49,865 bases of DNA from positions 1-49,865 of the forward strand of contig JAYPUL010000019.1 in assembly GCA_038134005.1 (NCBI GenBank), given 5' to 3'. Position numbers and translations under genes: made by a program. Source of the DNA: Paracoccaceae bacterium (GTDB taxonomy: Bacteria > Pseudomonadota > Alphaproteobacteria > Rhodobacterales > Rhodobacteraceae). Shown one piece after another: positions 25,833 to 35,553 of this stretch. The notes beneath the pieces are model-generated. The model was given only the letters and a program-made list of their open reading frames with translations. It ran no database searches and was not told the origin of the DNA. Within the stretch, counting starts at the first letter, position 1. Every line of letters begins with the position of its first letter.

Positions 25833-27308
25833 TTATAGTGCCGTTTGGGTGTCATCCGCTTCGTCGATGATATCAGCGTCTTCAATTTCACTCGACCTTT
25901 CAGCGGCTTCTGTCGCAACGGACGTGCCCATTAAAAGCGGCAACATTTCCAAACCTGTCGTTGTTGCAACGGATGCGCTTGGTGGCACACGCCACGCCAA
26001 CGTGTCAAAGGCATCGCAGCTGTCGCAGACAGGTGCCCAATCGTCATGCACTGTTTTACAGTTATCGCAGACCCAGCTTGGGCCGCGACGCGCAGTCAAA
26101 GTCTTGGCTAACCAACCGCGCACGATCGCGTCATCCGCACCTTCGCCGCGTTCAATGGCTGCCATGATAGTTAAAACACGCGCGTCAGGATCGTTCTCAA
26201 TGGCATCTCCCAATGCGCGACGGGCGCCAGGGAAATCTTCGGCGGCAAGGTTTAGCTCAGCCATCATAAGGCGTGTTTCCAGATCACTTGGATTTGTTTT
26301 TGCCAAGGCAGAAAACCTTTTTAAACGTGCTTGTGGCGTTTCTTCGGGTTCAATTTCGGAAAATGCGACCGCCAGATCTGGATGTGGCTGTGATTGCCAA
26401 GCTTTTTTGATGACGCGGGCGGCCAATTTTGGTTTGCCATCCGTGATGTAATTTCTAGCAGCAAGGCACGCGGCAGGCACAAGATCGGGCGATAATTTAT
26501 TCGCTTCGATGGCGGCTTCACGGGCGTCAATGCTGTTGTTTTCACCAATGATGTCTTTTGCTTGTGATAATGCTAAAATTGCATCCCGACGTTTGTGCAA
26601 ATCACGTGGAACACTGCCGTTTTTCAATTTTGCAGCAAGCGTTTTGCGCGCGCCAGACCAATCCTGGGTCTTTGCTTGGAGGTGAAGCAAGACATCATGT
26701 GTTTCACTGTGCTTTGGCTTCAAATCATAGGCTTTTTCAGCCAATTTCAATGCGACCTCTGTATTTCCTTCGTCTAATTTCTGTTTCAAAAGGCCACGTA
26801 CACCAACGAATTTTGTTTCAGGATCTTGTAAAAGTGATTTGTAAACCTGTGCTGCTTTCACTTTATCTCCGGCCATTTCCGCCGCTTGGGCCGCCAAAAG
26901 GTTTGTGAGCGTTGGTTTTTGTAAATAACTTTCTGCCTTTTTTGCCTTTGCCATCGCGGCCGATGCGTCCCCAGAGGCAATGGCTAACAAACCCTCGGAA
27001 AGAGCTTGATATCCTTTTCGTTCGCGGTTGCGAAAGAAATACCGTGACATCGCCGTTTCATCGCCATTGATGAATTTCAAAACAGCCACCAAAAGCGCCA
27101 ATACCTTCAGGGTCAACCAAATGAAAATGGTAAATACGATCAACGCTATAACCGCTTGAATGGGGCTAAAGGTATATTCTGTTCCTGCGAGGGTGATCAT
27201 CACATTGCCCAAAACCCCGTTTTGAGCATCCATCAGATGTGTGGCGCCCATCGCCATTGCTGCGACGATGACCAAGAACAGTAAAATTTTGAATAAGGAA
27301 TTTAACAT
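25833..27308 (-). CDS. HemY-like TPR-repeat membrane protein (HemY_N domain)
   Basis: 491 aa with two N-terminal TM helices then TPR-like repeats. Conserved position downstream of the Mic60-like gene and hemD in alphaproteobacteria. Confidence 0.7.
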   Translation of the reverse strand: MLNSLFKILLFLVIVAAMAMGATHLMDAQNGVLGNVMITLAGTEYTFSPIQAVIALIVFTIFIWLTLKVLALLVAVLKFINGDETAMSRYFFRNRERKGYQALSEGLLAIASGDASAAMAKAKKAESYLQKPTLTNLLAAQAAEMAGDKVKAAQVYKSLLQDPETKFVGVRGLLKQKLDEGNTEVALKLAEKAYDLKPKHSETHDVLLHLQAKTQDWSGARKTLAAKLKNGSVPRDLHKRRDAILALSQAKDIIGENNSIDAREAAIEANKLSPDLVPAACLAARNYITDGKPKLAARVIKKAWQSQPHPDLAVAFSEIEPEETPQARLKRFSALAKTNPSDLETRLMMAELNLAAEDFPGARRALGDAIENDPDARVLTIMAAIERGEGADDAIVRGWLAKTLTARRGPSWVCDNCKTVHDDWAPVCDSCDAFDTLAWRVPPSASVATTTGLEMLPLLMGTSVATEAAERSSEIEDADIIDEADDTQTAL

Positions 27309-27325
27309 AACTGAATACGTGCCTC

Positions 27326-28513
27326 TTACTGGTCTAGGTCATTTTTTAATGATGTGATCGCTTGCTGGGCTCCAACCCGCGCTTTTGCGTTTGCGATCCA
27401 TTCTGCCATTTCCGATTGCGCGGAATCACTCAGCTTGTAAATCTCATCCAATGCATCCGAAATTTTACCGTCTCGAACAAGGGCCTCGGCGCGTGATAAA
27501 ACGGCGTCCGGATCATCGCCATCTTTTGGGACCACTGAGCGTGCGTTGAATTGGGATTTCAAGAAGTTGCCTATTTTCGCAAGGCCCTGGCCCTGATCAA
27601 TTTCTGAGCGCGCAGTTGAAAGCGCTACGCGCGCGCCCGTTGCAAAGCTGATTGACAGATCTTGAAGTGTGGCGACGCCGGCTTCGGCAGTGGATGAAAG
27701 TGCGTCTGGGATGGGACCGTCAATTGCCTTTTCCAAGTCTGCCATGATGTCGGAAAACCCAAGACCGCTGTCGATCGCGACGCTCATCTTGTCCAGCGCG
27801 CCACGGACCGTTGCTGTGCGGGCAAAGGTTTCGGCCGCTTTTGCCTTTGATTGTGCATCGTCCATGTAGCCTTGGATTTGGGCGCGCTGTGTCTCGAGAA
27901 ATTCGTTTATATCCTTAATTTCTGCGCGATATTGCGCGATCAATTCATCCGGAATTGCGGCTTCGATCGTTGATTTCTCTAATGCAGAAAGTCGGTTTTC
28001 AACCTCTGTCGCTTTGGTCGCAACTGCGCGGATTGATGCTTCCAAATTGGCGATTGTACCTAGTTCATTTTTGATTGTGCTCAAATCCGTTTGTTTGACG
28101 TCGGGAATTGGGCGTGCCTCTAATTCGACCAGTTTTTTTGTAATTTCAATGAATTGATTTTCGGTTTTCGCCTGAAATTCTATTTGCGCTTGGTCTTTGG
28201 GCCAAAGTGGGCTTTGTTGTTGCGTCAAAACAGCTGCCCCAAAACCCAATCCCGCACAAATTATCCCGCCCACAAACATTGGCAAAAATGATCCTTTTGT
28301 GGAAAGTGGTGTTTCATCAGTTTTTGTGACGTCTGGGGATGTCGTGGGCGCGTCTTTTTCTGAAGAATCTGCTTGGTCTGGCTCTGCGATAATATCATCT
28401 TTGACATTTTCATCATCGACCAAAGCGGTTTGGTTTTGTTGATCCGATTTGGGGTCAAGGTGATCATTTGAATTTAGCGTGTCATCGCCCATTTTTAACC
28501 CCCAATTGGTCAT
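27326..28513 (-). CDS. Alphaproteobacterial Mic60/mitofilin-like protein
   Basis: 395 aa. Acidic disordered N-terminus, a single TM helix ('LPMFVGGIICAGLGFGAAVL'), a long coiled-coil and a C-terminal conserved domain. Sits between hemD and the hemY-like gene, the described location of alphaMic60. Confidence 0.5.
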   Translation of the reverse strand: MTNWGLKMGDDTLNSNDHLDPKSDQQNQTALVDDENVKDDIIAEPDQADSSEKDAPTTSPDVTKTDETPLSTKGSFLPMFVGGIICAGLGFGAAVLTQQQSPLWPKDQAQIEFQAKTENQFIEITKKLVELEARPIPDVKQTDLSTIKNELGTIANLEASIRAVATKATEVENRLSALEKSTIEAAIPDELIAQYRAEIKDINEFLETQRAQIQGYMDDAQSKAKAAETFARTATVRGALDKMSVAIDSGLGFSDIMADLEKAIDGPIPDALSSTAEAGVATLQDLSISFATGARVALSTARSEIDQGQGLAKIGNFLKSQFNARSVVPKDGDDPDAVLSRAEALVRDGKISDALDEIYKLSDSAQSEMAEWIANAKARVGAQQAITSLKNDLDQ

Positions 28514-28542
28514 GTGATATCTGGCATTCGAACATAACAGGT

Positions 28543-29295
28543 TTAATCAATACAATACTCCTGCCATGCGTGGCATACCGCAGATTCCATAGATGGTCCA
28601 TCTGGGCGAATTGCCACGTCTATAGTTTTGACCTGCTTTGGATCAAAAATCTCTGCGACCTTCTGGCTCATGGCGATGATATGCCAATCTAACTGCGGTT
28701 GTGCCTGTTCAAGCAATAGCGCGGCGCTACGTGCAGAAAATAGGGGAAGAATAATCGGCTTTCCCCCTTGTTTCAGGTCATTTTGAAAATCAGGCGATGG
28801 AATACATTGCGTTTGTTCATACCCAACGGTGTCAAGGATCGCCAGATTGTGATCTTTTCCGACTTGGGTCAGATCTGTTGAAACATGGGCACCTCGCACG
28901 TAAAGGACAAGACCTTTTGCCGGGAATTGCACAAGAAGCTTCATCAAATCTTTCGCGGTTCCATTTGCATCGAAAACCTTGTCTGAAATGGATAATGCGG
29001 CGCGTGCCGTACGTGATCCCACAGCGTAACAGGGCCGCGACGACACCCCCCATTTTTTTGCGGCCTCTACCCCGTGTGCTGATGTAAAGACATATGCGGC
29101 AATATCTTTGGGAAAATCTGCTGGACGATCCATGAATGTTATGGATTGCAATGGATGAACCGCAATCTTGGCGCTGGGCAAACGTGCGTTAATCTTGTTT
29201 GCAAACGCACGTGACGCGTCAAGTGGCCGCGTTAGTAGAATCAATGGATCATGATTTGTCATGACTGTCTTGGGATTGTTTGTCATTTGTAACAA
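28543..29295 (-). CDS. hemD: Uroporphyrinogen-III synthase (start possibly at a later Met)
   Basis: 250-aa HemD-like sequence. Synteny with Mic60-like and hemY-like genes. Divergent from tsaD. Confidence 0.6.
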   Translation of the reverse strand: MLQMTNNPKTVMTNHDPLILLTRPLDASRAFANKINARLPSAKIAVHPLQSITFMDRPADFPKDIAAYVFTSAHGVEAAKKWGVSSRPCYAVGSRTARAALSISDKVFDANGTAKDLMKLLVQFPAKGLVLYVRGAHVSTDLTQVGKDHNLAILDTVGYEQTQCIPSPDFQNDLKQGGKPIILPLFSARSAALLLEQAQPQLDWHIIAMSQKVAEIFDPKQVKTIDVAIRPDGPSMESAVCHAWQEYCID

Positions 29296-29333
29296 TGTTA
29301 CCTGCGATCAGGACGCCTTACAATGGACCAATA

Positions 29334-30434
29334 ATGATTGACCGTGAATTTCATATTTTAGGATTAGAAAGCAGCTGTGATGACACGGCCGCCGCTGTCG
29401 TACGTTTTGATGCGTCTGGCCGTGCAGAGGTTTTATCGTCTGTGGTCATGGGGCAAAATGCATTACATGCCGATTTTGGCGGCGTCGTCCCCGAAATTGC
29501 AGCGCGCGCACATTCAGAACGTATTGATATTTGCGTCGAAGATGCAGTCGCGCAATCTGGTTTAGACATATCGTCAGTGGACGCAATTGCCGTGACCTCG
29601 GGGCCGGGTTTAATTGGTGGTGTTTTATCCGCAGTGATGTGTGCCAAAGGGTTAGCAAAAGGATTGGGCAAACCGTTGATCGGCGTGAACCACTTGGCAG
29701 GGCATGCGTTGACCCCCCGTTTGACCGATGCGATTGCGTTTCCTTATTTAATGCTTTTGGTATCGGGGGGGCATTGCCAGTTTTTAGCAGTAAAAAGCGC
29801 AACCGAATTTACCCGTATTGGTGGGACGATCGATGATGCACCTGGCGAAGCATTCGATAAGGTGGCTCGGTTGTTGGGTCTGGAACAACCTGGTGGTCCA
29901 AGCGTCGAGAAATGGGCCGAGCGTGGTGATCCCAAACGATTTGCATTGCCACGGCCATTATTAGATCGACCTGGGTGTGATATGTCGTTCTCTGGATTGA
30001 AAACCGCCCTTTTACGCACACGCGATGGTTTGGTCGCTGAACAAGGTGGTCTATTTGATCAGGATATCGCGGATATTTGTGCATGTTTTCAAACAGCAAT
30101 CGGCGATGTCATGGCAGAAAAGCTGACACGTGCCATTTATGAATTTTACAAAATCGCGCCTTTGGGGCAAACGGTTGCCGTTGCAGGTGGTGTTGCCGCG
30201 AATGCATATTTGCGGACAAGATTAGAGAACGTTTGTCAGGCGCATCAAGTTGCGTTTATTGCGCCTCCGTTGGCATTATGTACTGATAACGCAGCGATGA
30301 TCGCATATGCAGGGGGCGAATTGTTTAAATCAGGACGATGTGATGATCAACGGTTGTCAGCGCGACCGCGTTGGCCGTTAGACACAGCACAGCCTGCGCT
30401 TTTAGGAAGCGGAAAAAAAGGGGCAAAGGCATGA
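29334..30434 (+). CDS. tsaD: tRNA N6-adenosine threonylcarbamoyltransferase (Kae1/TsaD family)
   Basis: Start taken at '[23 protein letters not shown]', the TsaD N-terminal motif; the track ORF begins earlier at TTG 29280. Metal-binding 'HLAGH' motif present. ATGA overlap with gpsA. Confidence 0.85.
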   Translation: MIDREFHILGLESSCDDTAAAVVRFDASGRAEVLSSVVMGQNALHADFGGVVPEIAARAHSERIDICVEDAVAQSGLDISSVDAIAVTSGPGLIGGVLSAVMCAKGLAKGLGKPLIGVNHLAGHALTPRLTDAIAFPYLMLLVSGGHCQFLAVKSATEFTRIGGTIDDAPGEAFDKVARLLGLEQPGGPSVEKWAERGDPKRFALPRPLLDRPGCDMSFSGLKTALLRTRDGLVAEQGGLFDQDIADICACFQTAIGDVMAEKLTRAIYEFYKIAPLGQTVAVAGGVAANAYLRTRLENVCQAHQVAFIAPPLALCTDNAAMIAYAGGELFKSGRCDDQRLSARPRWPLDTAQPALLGSGKKGAKA

Positions 30435-31390
30435 CGATTTCGGTAATTGGCGCGGGAGCGTTTGGCACCGCTCTTGCCATCGCTTTGGCACGCGAGGGGC
30501 GCAACGTCATCCTCTGGGCGCGGGATGCGCAACTTGCGTCACAGATGGAACAGGCGCGAAAAAACGAAAACAAGTTAGCACATTTATCGTTTCCTGACAC
30601 CATTCGTGTGACGGCCGATATGAATGAGGCCGCGACGAACGACATCGTATTGATGGCAATCCCAATGCAACAGCTTCGCTCGGTCATCGACGCTTACAAA
30701 CCGTTATTGGCGGACAAAGCCTTGGTCGCGTGTTGTAAAGGTTTTGAAGTGTCTACCGGTACGGGGCCATGCGGTATTCTGGAAACGGCTTCGAATCGTG
30801 TTGCAATTTTGACGGGACCCAGTTTCGCCCATGACATCGCATATGGATTGCCAACGGCTTTGACACTTGCTGCGCGTGAGACTGCGCTGGGCATCGAGTT
30901 GCAAAATGCATTAGGCACCAAAACATTGCGACTATACCGTACCACCGATGTTACGGGCGCCGAATTGGGGGGGGCGTTGAAAAACGTGATCGCGATTGCG
31001 TGCGGTGCAACAATTGGTGCGGGTCTGGGGGATAGCGCATGCGCTGCGCTAATGACGCGGGGATATGCCGAAATGTTACGAATGGCGCGTGCTCTTGGTG
31101 CGGAACCTCAAACATTAGCCGGATTGTCGGGTTTTGGTGATTTATCGCTGACCTGCATGTCAGCAGGATCACGCAATTATCGTTTTGGGCAATCATTGGG
31201 CAAAGGTGAGCAATTCGATAGAAAAATCACCGTTGAAGGCGCCGCGACCGCAGGGGCAGCATTGACCAAAGCCAAAGAATTGGGTTTGGATATGCCCATA
31301 ACCAAAGTTGTTGATGATTTGGTTAACGGTCGCATAGACATGCCAAATGCCATCGATAAGCTTTTAAACCGTCCACAAAAGGAAGAATAA
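30431..31390 (+). CDS. gpsA: NAD(P)H-dependent glycerol-3-phosphate dehydrogenase
   Basis: Start at '[20 protein letters not shown]' with the Rossmann GxGxxG motif. About 319 aa. Confidence 0.85.
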   Translation: MTISVIGAGAFGTALAIALAREGRNVILWARDAQLASQMEQARKNENKLAHLSFPDTIRVTADMNEAATNDIVLMAIPMQQLRSVIDAYKPLLADKALVACCKGFEVSTGTGPCGILETASNRVAILTGPSFAHDIAYGLPTALTLAARETALGIELQNALGTKTLRLYRTTDVTGAELGGALKNVIAIACGATIGAGLGDSACAALMTRGYAEMLRMARALGAEPQTLAGLSGFGDLSLTCMSAGSRNYRFGQSLGKGEQFDRKITVEGAATAGAALTKAKELGLDMPITKVVDDLVNGRIDMPNAIDKLLNRPQKEE

Positions 31391-31659
31391 TGTTCATTTC
31401 ATTGATCGCCAAAGACAAGGTAGGCCACTTAGAAACACGCAAAGCGAACCGTGATGCGCATCTCGCCTATATCAAAGAAACTGGTGTTGTTGCCCAAGCC
31501 GGTCCATTTTTGGATGCCGACGGCGTGATGTGCGGTTCACTCGTTATTTTGGATGTTGCGGATATGGCTGCGGCCCAAACTTGGGCGGCGAATGACCCTT
31601 ATGCAAAAGCTGGGTTGTTTGAAAGCACTGAACTGATTCAGTGGAACAAGGTTATCTAA
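31390..31659 (+). CDS. YciI-like protein
   Basis: 89 aa, in the conserved position after gpsA. TAATG overlap with the gpsA stop. Confidence 0.6.
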   Translation: MFISLIAKDKVGHLETRKANRDAHLAYIKETGVVAQAGPFLDADGVMCGSLVILDVADMAAAQTWAANDPYAKAGLFESTELIQWNKVI

Positions 31660-31660
31660 A

Positions 31661-32074
31661 ATGGCGTATTGGCTATTCAAATCTGAACCTGACACCTGGG
31701 GATGGACCGATCAGGTCGCAAAAGGGGACTTGGGTGAAGAATGGAATGGCGTGCGCAATTACCAAGCGCGCAACAATATGCGCGCTATGCAAATTGGCGA
31801 TCGCGGTTTTTTTTATCATTCGAATAAAGAACGCGCGATCGTCGGAATCGTCGAAGTGATCGCATTGGCGCATCCAGATAGCACAACGGACGATCCTAGG
31901 TGGGACTGTGTTGATATTAAAGCGGTGCAATCCGTAAAAACGCCTGTCACGTTGGACCAAATCAAGGATCATCCCGATTTGGTAAATATGATTTTGGTCA
32001 AGAATTCACGGTTATCTGTCCAGCCCGTTGAAGCGGGCGAATGGGAAATAATTTGTCGCCTTGCCGGGCTTTAA
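31661..32074 (+). CDS. EVE (PUA-like) domain protein
   Basis: 137 aa 'MAYWLFKSEPDTWGW...' with a typical EVE-domain N-terminus. Confidence 0.7.
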   Translation: MAYWLFKSEPDTWGWTDQVAKGDLGEEWNGVRNYQARNNMRAMQIGDRGFFYHSNKERAIVGIVEVIALAHPDSTTDDPRWDCVDIKAVQSVKTPVTLDQIKDHPDLVNMILVKNSRLSVQPVEAGEWEIICRLAGL

Positions 32075-32134
32075 TCGGCCCCGATATCACACAGCGCGCA
32101 GTGTTCAGCGATTGAACATTTCAAGCTTCGGTCA

Positions 32135-32872
32135 TCACCAGTTCCATGAAATGCAATATTGATGACCAATGGCCGGCTGCGCCGCGGTTAATCTAAAGGT
32201 GTCTGTGCTGACCTGCTTGAAAAGCGTGCCCCCGAATTTATTTTTACCCTCACACGAACGGACTTGATGAAAGATGCTCTTTGGAATTTTTGGTCCACAA
32301 AATTGAACTTTTAGATCCAAAAAGCGCGTCGGAAAGCAAATATCAATCCAATAGCTGCTGTCTTTAAGGGCACAATCCTTCATCGAGCGGACTGTGGTCG
32401 TTTTACGTGAAAAACTTTCATACATCGGAATGGGCGGATCATAAACGATTTCATAAACGTCGACATTTCCCTCGCGATATTTTGGCGACGCATCTTGATT
32501 GTTGATTTTGTAAGACACAATGTCAAAATCACCCCAAGTACATGGGATTTGTAACGATCTTGTTTCGTCTACCATGTTTAAGAATGTTGCAAAAATATCG
32601 GTCGACATGGTTTGATGTACCGTGTCAATAATCGTTAATGCATTGAAATTTTTACAATAAAGCTGCGAAAAATTTGACTCGTCTTTGCAGGTCAACAGGT
32701 AATCCCGAATGACCTGCTGCGCATCACTAAAGGTGTCTTCACCCACTTTATCCAAAATATTTCTGACCAGATGTGCAAAATCATGGCCATTTTTTGAAAT
32801 ACAATCCTGCATATCTGCGTCGGATGAAAACGATGCGATATGTGGTAAAATATGCTTGCACTGTATAGGCAA
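32135..32872 (-). CDS. Hypothetical protein, paralog A of a tandem pair (start codon uncertain: TTG at 32872, or the internal ATG of '...DADMQD...')
   Basis: 245-aa ORF. Clear protein-level paralogy with 33017..33640: shared blocks 'TFLNM..ET.SLQ', 'DVYE..YDPPIP', 'YWI.IC.PTRFLD..V.F.G...P...F.Q' and '..IGH.Y.I.W.W'. AT-rich and cysteine-rich, with no TM or signal peptide. The position homologous to copy B's ATG reads ATA. Confidence 0.6.
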   Translation of the reverse strand: MPIQCKHILPHIASFSSDADMQDCISKNGHDFAHLVRNILDKVGEDTFSDAQQVIRDYLLTCKDESNFSQLYCKNFNALTIIDTVHQTMSTDIFATFLNMVDETRSLQIPCTWGDFDIVSYKINNQDASPKYREGNVDVYEIVYDPPIPMYESFSRKTTTVRSMKDCALKDSSYWIDICFPTRFLDLKVQFCGPKIPKSIFHQVRSCEGKNKFGGTLFKQVSTDTFRLTAAQPAIGHQYCISWNW

Positions 32873-32950
32873 AGAATCAAAACGTTTTATGTGGGACGAC
32901 CCCGTTAAATCTCCTTACATGATGGGGTATGTCATGTTTTGCACATATAA

Positions 32951-32964
32951 CCCCAAAAGGGGGG
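32951..32964. repeat. Palindromic motif CCCCAAAAGGGGGG, copy 1 (upstream of paralog A)
   Basis: Seen directly. About 80 nt upstream of paralog A's start. The same motif recurs at 33826-33840 at equivalent spacing from paralog B's N-terminal region. Confidence 0.6.
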
Positions 32965-33016
32965 TATCACGTCATTGTGCCAATGTGGGGCATTTAACCG
33001 ACGGATGTTTAAAACG

Positions 33017-33769
33017 TTACCATTTCCAAACGATTCCGTAATGGTGCCCGATTAAAGGAAGGTTCGCGGTAATTCGAAAAGAATGCTGAGACGATGAATC
33101 AAATGTTTCGATGCGATCAAAATAGACTGCATCTGAAGATTTGGCCTGGCCGAATACAATATTAGGAACGCGCCTGCCTGTGAATTTTACGCGCACATCT
33201 AAAAACCGGGTGGGATAACAAATGTTGATCCAATATTCGTGATCCTTGAACGGATCATTCACAACCGAACGCAACACGTCCGTGGTTCGAATGAACGTTG
33301 TGAAGGCGGGAATGGGTGGATCATATGTTGCTTCGTAAACGTCGGTTTTTCCGCGGCTAAAAACATGATTGCCGATTTCGCCATTGATCCGGACCGAGAC
33401 AGTTTCAAAATGGCAATTTGTCGTTGTTGATTGTAATGACGTGGTTTCCGTCATCATGTTTAGAAATGTTGACGTGACTTTGGATCTAAGGGTTAGGGCA
33501 TCGGTGTCATAAATGACATTTGCCACACATTTCTTACAATACAAGTAATCTAAAATGTTTGGGTCAGCGTGTTCCATCGCATAACTACGAATTGCCAATA
33601 GTCCGTCTTCGAATGAATTTTCGGGTATTTTATCCAACATGTTTTGGACAAATTCCGTGTTTTGACGTGTCTACAATTTTAACAGTTGCGTAATTTCATC
33701 TTGGGTCGAACAGGCGGCCAAATGCGGCAAAATTGCTTTTTCTTCGGTCGTTAAAGCGGTGTGTTTCAT
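33017..33769 (-). pseudogene. Paralog B of the tandem pair, with its reading frame interrupted by one in-frame TAG (33671-33673); may still give a 207-aa product from ATG 33640
   Basis: ATG 33769 (SD AAGGGA) opens a frame encoding 'MKHTALTTEEKAILPHLAACSTQDEITQLLKL' then TAG. Ten codons later in the same frame the 207-aa ORF 33640..33017 begins. The N-terminal peptide aligns with paralog A's N-terminus ('KHILPHIASFSSDADMQD...'), so B is a full-length ~250-codon homolog carrying an amber codon. Confidence 0.5.
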
Positions 33770-33825
33770 TGATCCATCCCTTTTCCTATTTGCAAAACTA
33801 AATCTCAAATCTGAATTGCTATATT

Positions 33826-33840
33826 CCCCAAAAGGGGGGG
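33826..33840. repeat. Palindromic motif CCCCAAAAGGGGGGG, copy 2 (upstream of paralog B)
   Basis: Seen directly. 56 nt upstream of paralog B's ATG 33769. Confidence 0.6.
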
Positions 33841-34123
33841 CTGCTGTTTCCAAACCCTCCAGGCGTTAAAGAAAACAACATTTGACTTTTTGATAAATTG
33901 GGCGCATACGCAGGTCTTGCTGCGCCGCGGCGTGAGCGTGCCCTATATATGTCAAATTGGACGAAGGGTGCAGCAGCAGTTTCTCTTCCCCCATCACGCA
34001 GGGTTGAACAGTCGTCCAGATTTCGGGAATGTGCCCGTTGTCTTAAGGATGGCTTCCCTGTTGAGCGCCCCTAGGACGTGGGTGCGACGTATTCTTTTGG
34101 TGATCCCAAAAGTAAGGATAAAT

Positions 34124-35419
34124 ATGTTTGATTTCGATATGCTTGGGCTTGAACCCCAACTCAGCGCTGCACTAACGCGTTTGAACTTTACCCAACCGAC
34201 ACCGATCCAGGCGCAAGCCATCCCGCTGGCCTTGAATGGACATGATATTTTGGGTCTGGCCCAAACGGGTACCGGTAAAACGATGGCTTTTGGTTTGCCC
34301 TTGATGAATAACCTTTTGGCATTGCCTGGAAAGCCTGCGCCAAAAACGCCTAAAGCTCTTATTTTGGCACCTACGCGCGAATTGGTAAATCAAATCGCAA
34401 CCAATCTGGCAGAATTGGCAAAAAATACAAAATTGCGCATTGCAACCGTCGTCGGCGGCCAATCGATCCTAAAACAAATGCAGGTGCTAAACCGCGGATG
34501 CGATATTTTGGTCGCCACGCCCGGTCGGTTGATTGATTTGATGGAACGTAAGGCAGTCATCTTGGATCAAGTGACCTATCTGGTTTTGGACGAAGCTGAC
34601 CAAATGTTGGACATGGGGTTTGGCCAAGCGTTACAACGGATCGAACCTGAATTGGGCACACCACGTCAAACGATGTTGTTTTCTGCGACAATGTCGAAGC
34701 CAATGGAAAAAATTTCAGCGGCCTATTTGACAAACCCGCGCAAGGTTCAAATGGCGGCGGAAGGTACTGCTGCTGAACGTGTTGAACAGTCCGTGCATGT
34801 TGTTGCAGAGTCGGTTAAAGCCCAAGTGCTTCGCGAAATTTTGAACCAAGATCGAAATGCTTCAACATTGATCTTTGTGAAGACTAAATTTGCCACCGAA
34901 AAATTGATGAAACAGCTCGTTGCTGAAGGTTATAACGCTGGTTCAATCCATGGTAACAAAAGCCAAAGTCAACGGGATCGTGCGATTGGGGCGTTCCGTG
35001 ATGGCAAAATTGCAATCTTGTGTGCCACCGATGTGGCCGCGCGCGGAATTGATATTCCTGATGTCGCCCGTGTGATCAATATGAATCTTCCGATGCAGCC
35101 AGACGCGTATATCCATCGCATTGGTCGTACTGGGCGTGCGGGGCGTTCTGGGGTTGCCATTACATTATGTGCAACGACAGAAGTCGGCCTTTTACGCGAT
35201 GTCGAGAAACTTATGAAAGCAGAGATTCCTGTTGCGAGTGGCGCGGAATTGCTTCGCAATCTCGAACCGCCGGTTGCAAATAAACCAAAAGGTGGCCGTC
35301 GCCGTTTTGGTGGAGGTGGTCCAAAAGGGGATGGAGCAAAGCGTCAAGGTCGCGGGCAAGGGTCGCGTAAATTTGGTGGCGGCAATAAGCGCAATGAAGG
35401 TCGCAAAAAATCTGCCTGA
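34124..35419 (+). CDS. DEAD-box ATP-dependent RNA helicase (RhlE-like) with a basic Gly/Arg-rich C-terminal tail
   Basis: Start at 'MFDFDMLGL...' (SD AAGGAT). Q-motif and 'AQTGTGKT', 'DEAD', 'SAT' and 'HRIGRTGRAG' motifs. C-terminal 'GGRRRFGGGGPKGDGAKRQGRGQGSRKFGGGNKR'. A ~270-nt 5' leader is typical of cold-shock helicases. Confidence 0.9.
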   Translation: MFDFDMLGLEPQLSAALTRLNFTQPTPIQAQAIPLALNGHDILGLAQTGTGKTMAFGLPLMNNLLALPGKPAPKTPKALILAPTRELVNQIATNLAELAKNTKLRIATVVGGQSILKQMQVLNRGCDILVATPGRLIDLMERKAVILDQVTYLVLDEADQMLDMGFGQALQRIEPELGTPRQTMLFSATMSKPMEKISAAYLTNPRKVQMAAEGTAAERVEQSVHVVAESVKAQVLREILNQDRNASTLIFVKTKFATEKLMKQLVAEGYNAGSIHGNKSQSQRDRAIGAFRDGKIAILCATDVAARGIDIPDVARVINMNLPMQPDAYIHRIGRTGRAGRSGVAITLCATTEVGLLRDVEKLMKAEIPVASGAELLRNLEPPVANKPKGGRRRFGGGGPKGDGAKRQGRGQGSRKFGGGNKRNEGRKKSA

Positions 35420-35430
35420 TTTCGAATTTA

Positions 35431-35553
35431 GGGGGGCGTTGCCCCCCGCCACCTTTGGCGGCCCCCCAGAATATTTATGAGATAGAAAATGAGACGTTTT
35501 AACATTTTCTATCTGTTATATCCTGTTGCGAAGGCGCGTATAAAAATGCGCCT
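35431..35553. other. Highly structured intergenic segment with three strong hairpins
   Basis: (i) GGGGGGC-gtt-GCCCCCC and a nested CCGCC/GGCGG stem at 35431-35467. (ii) Perfect 12-bp inverted repeat AGATAGAAAATG...CATTTTCTATCT (35480-35491 / 35503-35514) with an 11-nt loop. (iii) AGGCGC-N10-GCGCCT at 35532-35553. Lies between convergent helicase and SPFH genes. Confidence 0.5.

Noticed and set aside
25828-26451. 207-aa plus-strand ORF
   Set aside because: Antisense to the hemY-like TPR gene; Ser/Ala-rich low complexity.
33671-33853. 60-aa small ORF (TTG start) upstream of paralog B
   Set aside because: The first 28 codons have no counterpart in paralog A's locus, where the equivalent DNA is in another frame and contains the CCCCAAAAGGGGGG motif. 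Only the last 32 codons (from ATG 33769) are homologous to A's N-terminus, so it is the N-terminal fragment of paralog B, not an independent gene.
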